From contig JBGCFQ010000033.1 of the NCBI GenBank assembly GCA_045106985.1, forward strand, positions 15,206-79,205: a DNA stretch of 64,000 bases, read 5' to 3'. A program made the position numbers and the translations under genes. Positions 58,577 through 64,000 of the stretch are shown one piece after another (position 1 is the stretch's first letter; each line of letters starts with the position of its first letter). The notes beneath the pieces were generated by a model, which saw only the letters and a list, made by a program, of their open reading frames with translations, was not told where the DNA came from and did no database searches. This DNA is from Pseudomonadales bacterium (GTDB taxonomy: Bacteria > Pseudomonadota > Gammaproteobacteria > Pseudomonadales > JAUIET01).

Positions 58577-61500
58577 ATGTTACTTCGTTCTTTGAATCTT
58601 ATCCGTCGTACAGTGCTTGGCATTGCGCTTTTGATATTGATTCTGGCTGCATTGGTAGCGAGTCTGGGCCGCTATTTTGTGCCGTATCTGAGCGACTACA
58701 GAGAGCCGGTTTTGGCTTGGCTCAATCAGTCCGCTCCTTTTGAAATTGCCGCCGCTGAATTGACCGGTGATTGGCATCGTCTATCGCCGACCATTGCTGT
58801 ACGAGACCTTCATTTGGGTCCTAAATCCACGGGTCTTCACGTCGACCGCGCTACAGTTACTCTAAACCTGGCTTACAGCCTCTGGAAGGGTAAGCTGGTG
58901 TTTGACCAGCTGCACTTTTCGGGGACGACTATCGACCTTTTAGAGGCGGAGAATGGTCAGTGGGCATTGCGGGCGGACTGGCTGCCCAAAAACAGGCCGC
59001 CTTCGAAGCTTGTCTCAGTCGAGGCTCTTTATTCAGGCTTGGATCGTTTTATAGTTAAAGCCGCCCGCTTAAACCTGCATCGCAGCAACGGTAAATTGAT
59101 TGTTGTCGATCACTTAAATATTGATTACACGAAACAAGGCAATGAATGGCGTATTCGTAGTGATGGTTTGCCAGACAAGTCGCCACTGCCACTTAATATG
59201 GTGGTTGAAGGCATAGGGCTGCCCCAACATGATGACTTTTCTGCGCGTGCTTACACATTGATAAATGGCTTTGATGTAAGCCCCTATTTAAGCAGGGCGA
59301 GTTACAGAGGCTGGACGCCTGAGTTGCCACGCTTCGATGGCAAGTTGTGGCTGGATTTTCATCGTGGTGGTCGCGTTTTGCTGCAAGGAGTTCTGGATTT
59401 ACAAGATATGCGTTTCAACCACGAGGATGGTCGGCAAAGCATCGACATACCTGAGTTAAAAACTCAATTTAAGTTTGCCTTGGGAGAGGGCAATAAACCT
59501 TCTGTTTGGTTGCGAGATCTGTCGATCACGCTTAATGATGAAGTGATCACCTTCGAGCAAGCGAACCTTCTGCCTAGTGAAGACGGCTTGTTGGCCAGTT
59601 TTGATTCTATTGAGGTGAACCCAGTATTACACCTGCTCCGTCGGTTTGAAGTGCTGCCTGAAAAGGCTCAGGAGGCTCTCGCCATTCTCGACCCTGGCGG
59701 AGAGCTGCACGATATTACCTTGTTCATACCCGAAGGCGCCAAGCTGGATGATATGCAAGTAGCGGCGGGCTTACGTAATGTGAGTGTTAAGCCGTGGAAA
59801 GGTGCGCCAGGCGTGGAGAACTTAAGCGGCCAAATTTTCGCGCAAACCAAGGGTGGTGTTGTGGAGATTAGTAGCAATGATTTGGCAATGCGCTTTCCTA
59901 AACTGTTTCATCAACCGCTTTCTTTTGCCGACAGTGCCGGACCAATTGAATGGGTGATAAGGGAGAAAATATTTGAGGTTCGTTCGGGTAAAATAGAGTT
60001 GGCAGGCAAGCTGGGCCAGGCCAGTGCGTTTCTTAAGCTCGAGATACCGCTAAAGAAAGAGTACAACTTAGATCCGGAAATGGATTTGCAGATTGCTCTA
60101 GAGAATTCCAAGGGCCGCTTTCGCGACAAATTCATCCCTTACACCTTAGACCAGAAGCTTCAGGACTGGATTGCGCGGAGTATTGTTAGTGCCGATGTAA
60201 ACGAGGCTGCATTTATTTATCGCGGATCTCTAGCAAAGAACTCGAATTTGAAAAAGACCATTCAGTTGTATATCGACTCCAGCAATGCCGAAGTTGATTA
60301 TGACCCCGCTTGGCCTGCTGCGCATAGAGTCAGCGCTAAAGTGTTTATTGATGACAACAGAGTGTTAGGTGAAGCAAGTAAAGGTGAAATAAGCGGGCTG
60401 GCTCTTGGCAATGCGCGTATTCGCTATGTGCCTCAAAGTAGAGGGCCAGGCGGTAAAATTCGAATAAGCTCCAATATAAGCGGCGAAGTTGCCCACGGCC
60501 TAGAGTTTTTGCTCGATTCGCCTATCAAAGATCAGCTAAATGGTGCGCTTGACGATTGGTACGCTGCTGGAAAGCTGAGTGGAAGCGTTCGAACAACGAT
60601 TCCCATAGGTTTTAAAAGCCCAGAAGATGTTCAGTTACGCGCGCGTTTGCACAGCGCTGAGTTGGGTGATGATCGGTTAAACCTGGCTTTTCGAGACTTG
60701 AATGGACCTCTGCGTTACACCAGTGCGAAAGGGCTGCATTCAGCCGGTATTGTTGGCACGTTTTGGGATGATTCAATGGCGGCTACAATTGTATCTAGTC
60801 AAAATGCCGAGTCAGGCGCAGCGTCCACTGGCTGGCTAACGGAGGTGAATGTAAAAGGCAGTAGTAACGGTGCAGCCGTTTTTGATTGGCTAAAGATACC
60901 ACTTCGCGATTTTGTCGAGGGCGAGTTTGAGTACACCGCTAAATTGAGCCTGGGCGGGGGCGATTCCCAGTTGCGCATGAGTACAAATTTTGAAGGAATG
61001 AGCTCGCGACTTCCTCCGCCTTTTGCTAAGGAAGCGAGCCAAGGTATGTTGACAGACGTGCGGATGTTTCTTGATGACGATCCATTGCGCCTTCGTATTC
61101 AGCTTGCCGAACACACTAAGGCGGCGTTAGTGTTGCACAAGAACTCGCCATTTACTGGAACCGTTAGTTTCGGCGCTCAACAGCAGCCAAGTTATGCGAA
61201 AGACAGTATTCGCCTAGTAGGTAGCATAGATGCGTTCGATTTGGCGTCAACCCTTGAGGTTGTGGAGTTTATCTCAAATGGCGATAGTGATGGCGGAGCT
61301 AACTCTAGCGCCGAAGACAATACTTTGCCTACTGTCTATGCGCAGAATTTGTTGCTTAAAAAAGCGAGCGCCTTTGGGAACGAATTTGCTGACTTAACAG
61401 CGGCCGTTGCGAGTCATGGACGCGCCTGGACTTTTGCTGTATCCGGTAAAGACGTCGCTGGGCGCGCAACCTATGATGCGGAGCGTTCGCTTGCTCTGGA

Positions 61501-62527
61501 TATCTCTCTAGACCATCTGTATCTGCTGACAGAGACTAATGAGTTGGAATTGCCTACAGAAGGTGCAGCTGATACGGATCTGTTAGCCGACTGGTACCCC
61601 TCAGATCTACCCGAGATGCAATTTAAACTTGCTGATCTAAAGGTGAATGGAGAACCCTACGGACGATGGTCATTCGAGACAAGCAAAATACAGCACGGCG
61701 TAATGTTTCGAAATCTTGATGCCAATAGCCGCGGCCTGCAAATTGCCGGCACGCCTGAACAGCCTGCGTTTCTTCGCTGGAAGCGTGTGGGTGATCAGCA
61801 GCAGACAGAGTTCAACGGTGTGCTGAGTTGTTCGGATTTAGGCGCTGTATTGGAAGCCTGGGAGTATGCTGCGGCAATGCGCAGCAAGAGTTGTCGTTTT
61901 GGCGCTGAGTTGTCCTGGTATGGGTCGCCATTGGACCTGGAGCTGGCACAAATGGAAGGTCGGGTAGATATAGCCTTAAATAACGGTCAGTTTCTGGAAA
62001 CGAATTCGACAGCCAACGCACTTCGCATATTCAGTTTGTTTAACTTCGATACTTTATTACGGCGCCTGCAATTCCGGTTTGACGACGTGTTTAACCGCGG
62101 CCTCAGCTATGATCAAATCAGTGGTGAGTTTCTGTTAACTAACGGCATGCTTAATATTCAGAAGCCTTTTGATGTAAAAGGACCTTCGTCAAGGCTGCAG
62201 ATGACGGGTTCGTTGGATTTGGTTAACGAAACAGTAGACACGAGAATGGTGGCTACGTTGCCGATAAGCAGTAACTTACCCTGGGTGGCTGCTTTGGCTG
62301 GCGGCCTTCCTATGGCGGCCGGTGTTTATGTGGCTGGTAAGATTTTCCAGAAACCAATGGAAAAGCTATCGAGCGCTTCCTACGAGGTTACGGGAAGCTG
62401 GGACGACCCGACAATCAAGCTGCAGCGCATTTTTGATGATGACGCTCGTAAATCTTCTGGGACCGTTGCTGCTGAACCCGAATCTGCTGTGCCGCAAGGC
62501 GGCTCAGATCCAGCCTCCTCCCCCTAG
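58577..62527 (+). CDS. yhdP: YhdP-family (AsmA-like) envelope lipid-transport protein
   Basis: 1316 aa with an N-terminal TM anchor. It is downstream of rng, as in E. coli. The C-terminal 'YEVTGSWDDPTI' is typical of the YhdP/TIGR02099 family as I recall it. Confidence 0.85.
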   Translation: MLLRSLNLIRRTVLGIALLILILAALVASLGRYFVPYLSDYREPVLAWLNQSAPFEIAAAELTGDWHRLSPTIAVRDLHLGPKSTGLHVDRATVTLNLAYSLWKGKLVFDQLHFSGTTIDLLEAENGQWALRADWLPKNRPPSKLVSVEALYSGLDRFIVKAARLNLHRSNGKLIVVDHLNIDYTKQGNEWRIRSDGLPDKSPLPLNMVVEGIGLPQHDDFSARAYTLINGFDVSPYLSRASYRGWTPELPRFDGKLWLDFHRGGRVLLQGVLDLQDMRFNHEDGRQSIDIPELKTQFKFALGEGNKPSVWLRDLSITLNDEVITFEQANLLPSEDGLLASFDSIEVNPVLHLLRRFEVLPEKAQEALAILDPGGELHDITLFIPEGAKLDDMQVAAGLRNVSVKPWKGAPGVENLSGQIFAQTKGGVVEISSNDLAMRFPKLFHQPLSFADSAGPIEWVIREKIFEVRSGKIELAGKLGQASAFLKLEIPLKKEYNLDPEMDLQIALENSKGRFRDKFIPYTLDQKLQDWIARSIVSADVNEAAFIYRGSLAKNSNLKKTIQLYIDSSNAEVDYDPAWPAAHRVSAKVFIDDNRVLGEASKGEISGLALGNARIRYVPQSRGPGGKIRISSNISGEVAHGLEFLLDSPIKDQLNGALDDWYAAGKLSGSVRTTIPIGFKSPEDVQLRARLHSAELGDDRLNLAFRDLNGPLRYTSAKGLHSAGIVGTFWDDSMAATIVSSQNAESGAASTGWLTEVNVKGSSNGAAVFDWLKIPLRDFVEGEFEYTAKLSLGGGDSQLRMSTNFEGMSSRLPPPFAKEASQGMLTDVRMFLDDDPLRLRIQLAEHTKAALVLHKNSPFTGTVSFGAQQQPSYAKDSIRLVGSIDAFDLASTLEVVEFISNGDSDGGANSSAEDNTLPTVYAQNLLLKKASAFGNEFADLTAAVASHGRAWTFAVSGKDVAGRATYDAERSLALDISLDHLYLLTETNELELPTEGAADTDLLADWYPSDLPEMQFKLADLKVNGEPYGRWSFETSKIQHGVMFRNLDANSRGLQIAGTPEQPAFLRWKRVGDQQQTEFNGVLSCSDLGAVLEAWEYAAAMRSKSCRFGAELSWYGSPLDLELAQMEGRVDIALNNGQFLETNSTANALRIFSLFNFDTLLRRLQFRFDDVFNRGLSYDQISGEFLLTNGMLNIQKPFDVKGPSSRLQMTGSLDLVNETVDTRMVATLPISSNLPWVAALAGGLPMAAGVYVAGKIFQKPMEKLSSASYEVTGSWDDPTIKLQRIFDDDARKSSGTVAAEPESAVPQGGSDPASSP

Positions 62528-62566
62528 GGTAACACGCTTTGGCGCGCACGTGCAGTCGAAACTAAG

Positions 62567-63100
62567 CTAACTCGGTAGCTCCCGTAGGTATTTGAACAGC
62601 TTTCTGGCACTTGCTGGCGGTTTATCGTGCTGGCTTTCTCTTTGAGCATTTCGAGCTAACTGATTTAACAATTGACGATCGGCTTCCGGAAAGGCGTTTA
62701 GGGTGGCCTCAATACCGGCCGTTCGGTCGCTAAGAATCAAGTCCCGAAGTTTTTCCAGGCGCTGAAATTCCAGGGCTTGCTCGCGGCTACCCATATTGAG
62801 TTTATCAATCGCGCTTTGAATACCGCTTACGTCAATTTCGCGCAAACGCTTGGCGAGAAACCGTAGCTCGCGTCGGCGTGCTTCTTTGTGCGGCATTCTG
62901 CGAACGCGTTTTACGACTTCGGTAATGTATTCATCTAGCGGGACGGTAGCCAAGTGTTTTGCAGACAAGTCGCAGACCGCTTCCCCAAGGTAGAACAAGT
63001 CCATCATTTCGCGTTTTATTTGCGACTTACTCTTCTCTTCCAGGTTCTCGTCATCGAAATCGGGGCTGTTTTCTTGGTTTTGGTCTTGGTTTTTGCTCAT
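62567..63100 (-). CDS. yjgA: ribosome-associated protein YjgA/DarP (DUF615)
   Basis: 177 aa. It has an acidic N-terminus and 'KSKSQIKREMMDLFYLGE...', with the length and pattern of YjgA. Confidence 0.75.
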   Translation of the reverse strand: MSKNQDQNQENSPDFDDENLEEKSKSQIKREMMDLFYLGEAVCDLSAKHLATVPLDEYITEVVKRVRRMPHKEARRRELRFLAKRLREIDVSGIQSAIDKLNMGSREQALEFQRLEKLRDLILSDRTAGIEATLNAFPEADRQLLNQLARNAQRESQHDKPPASARKLFKYLRELPS

Positions 63101-63104
63101 GGGT

Positions 63105-64000
63105 TTACATATAAAACAGTGTGGCCAGGCCGAGGAAGGAGACGAAGCCTACTACATCGGTGATTGTTGTGAGTACGACGGTGCCTGCTAGCGCAGGGTC
63201 AACTTTCATTGCTCTTAGTAGCATAGGTAATAAAACGCCCGCTAAGGCCGACGTGACAAGGTTTATCAGCATGGCCATGGCGATCACGATGCCTATTCTA
63301 TTGTCATCGAACCACAGTGTGGCTACCACTGCGACGACGACAGACCAGAGCATGCCGTTGATAGCCGCTACCATCAACTCGCGATTCAGTAGCCAGCGCA
63401 CATTGGTGCGGCTAATCTGTCCCAGTGCCATTCCGCGTACCATGATTGTCAGTGTTTGGCTGCCGGCCACGCCGCCCATACTGGCGACGATCGGCATGAG
63501 AATTGCCAATGCGACTACTTGTTCAATTGTTTCATGATAGATATTTATCGCAGCGGCGGCGATAAATGCGGTAATCAGGTTAAGCCCTAACCACAAAGCG
63601 CGCCTGGGTGCGGCCTTATATACGCGGCTGAAGGTATCTTCGTCGTCGCCCAAGCCAGCCATGCTCATCAATGAGTGGTCGGCGTCCTCAATAATCACAT
63701 CTACAACGTCGTCGATGGTGATTCGCCCAAGCAGTTTGTTGCTGCTATCGTCAATGACGGGGGCTGAGATCCAATCATGGCGTTCGAATAGGGACGCTAC
63801 CTCACTATCGGACATGCTGGCTGGAATCGCCTCTATGCCGGTCTGCATTAACTCGCGCACTGTCATGCCGGGGTCGCTGACAAGAACCCGACGCAAAGGC
63901 AGCAAGCCAAGGAACTCATCTTTTCTATTGACGACAATAAGCGTGTCGGTAAAGCGCGGAATTTCTTCATGGCGTCTCAGGTACCTGAGTACTAATTCCA
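63105..64000 (-). CDS. mgtE: magnesium transporter MgtE (N-terminus outside the window)
   Basis: The frame stays open past the listed start to the window edge ('...RYLRRHEEIPRFTDTLIVVNRKDEFLGLLPLRRVL', CBS region). A C-terminal 5-TM domain follows. Confidence 0.9.
   Translation of the reverse strand, partial: ELVLRYLRRHEEIPRFTDTLIVVNRKDEFLGLLPLRRVLVSDPGMTVRELMQTGIEAIPASMSDSEVASLFERHDWISAPVIDDSSNKLLGRITIDDVVDVIIEDADHSLMSMAGLGDDEDTFSRVYKAAPRRALWLGLNLITAFIAAAAINIYHETIEQVVALAILMPIVASMGGVAGSQTLTIMVRGMALGQISRTNVRWLLNRELMVAAINGMLWSVVVAVVATLWFDDNRIGIVIAMAMLINLVTSALAGVLLPMLLRAMKVDPALAGTVVLTTITDVVGFVSFLGLATLFYM

Overview
This 64-kb window looks like chromosome from a marine-type gammaproteobacterium. 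The right half (about 33.5-64 kb) is housekeeping core. Its gene order is ychF-pth-rplY-prs-tRNA-Gln-ispE-lolB-TPR, divergent hemA-prfA-prmC, then gatCAB, divergent mreBCD-rng-yhdP, and yjgA-mgtE; I recognise this order from Pseudomonadales/Cellvibrionales-like genomes. The left half (1-33.5 kb) looks accessory. It holds two TonB-dependent receptors, a PQQ quinohemoprotein alcohol dehydrogenase, a four-gene PLP/NAD operon with an EamA transporter, a stand-alone EF-G paralogue, several hydrolases, and an AT-richer islet (about 21.5-27.2 kb, judged by eye). That islet carries an orphan Wzx-like flippase, a eukaryote-type protein arginine methyltransferase (PRMT)-like gene and gene remnants. I call about 55 protein-coding genes or fragments, 2 tRNAs (Met-CAU, Gln-UUG), 3 clear intrinsic terminators and a few low-confidence promoters. 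I found no CRISPR array, transposase, integrase, phage or recognisable defence genes. The items most worth a second look are: (i) the bacterial PRMT-like methyltransferase; (ii) the CuyA-like/HisD-like/aminotransferase/racemase/EamA cluster, a candidate organosulfonate or D-amino-acid pathway; (iii) a REC-PAS sensor split from a degenerate (His to Ser) kinase module by a frameshift in an A10/T10 tract; (iv) a 144-nt element with 25-bp imperfect inverted arms and a GGA-rich core in the long rhlB/cysZ convergent spacer, next to a 60-nt tandem repeat that is in frame with the rhlB amber stop; (v) mreC, whose conserved N-terminus has no canonical start codon. All family assignments come from motif recognition by eye on the supplied translations; no database search was possible.
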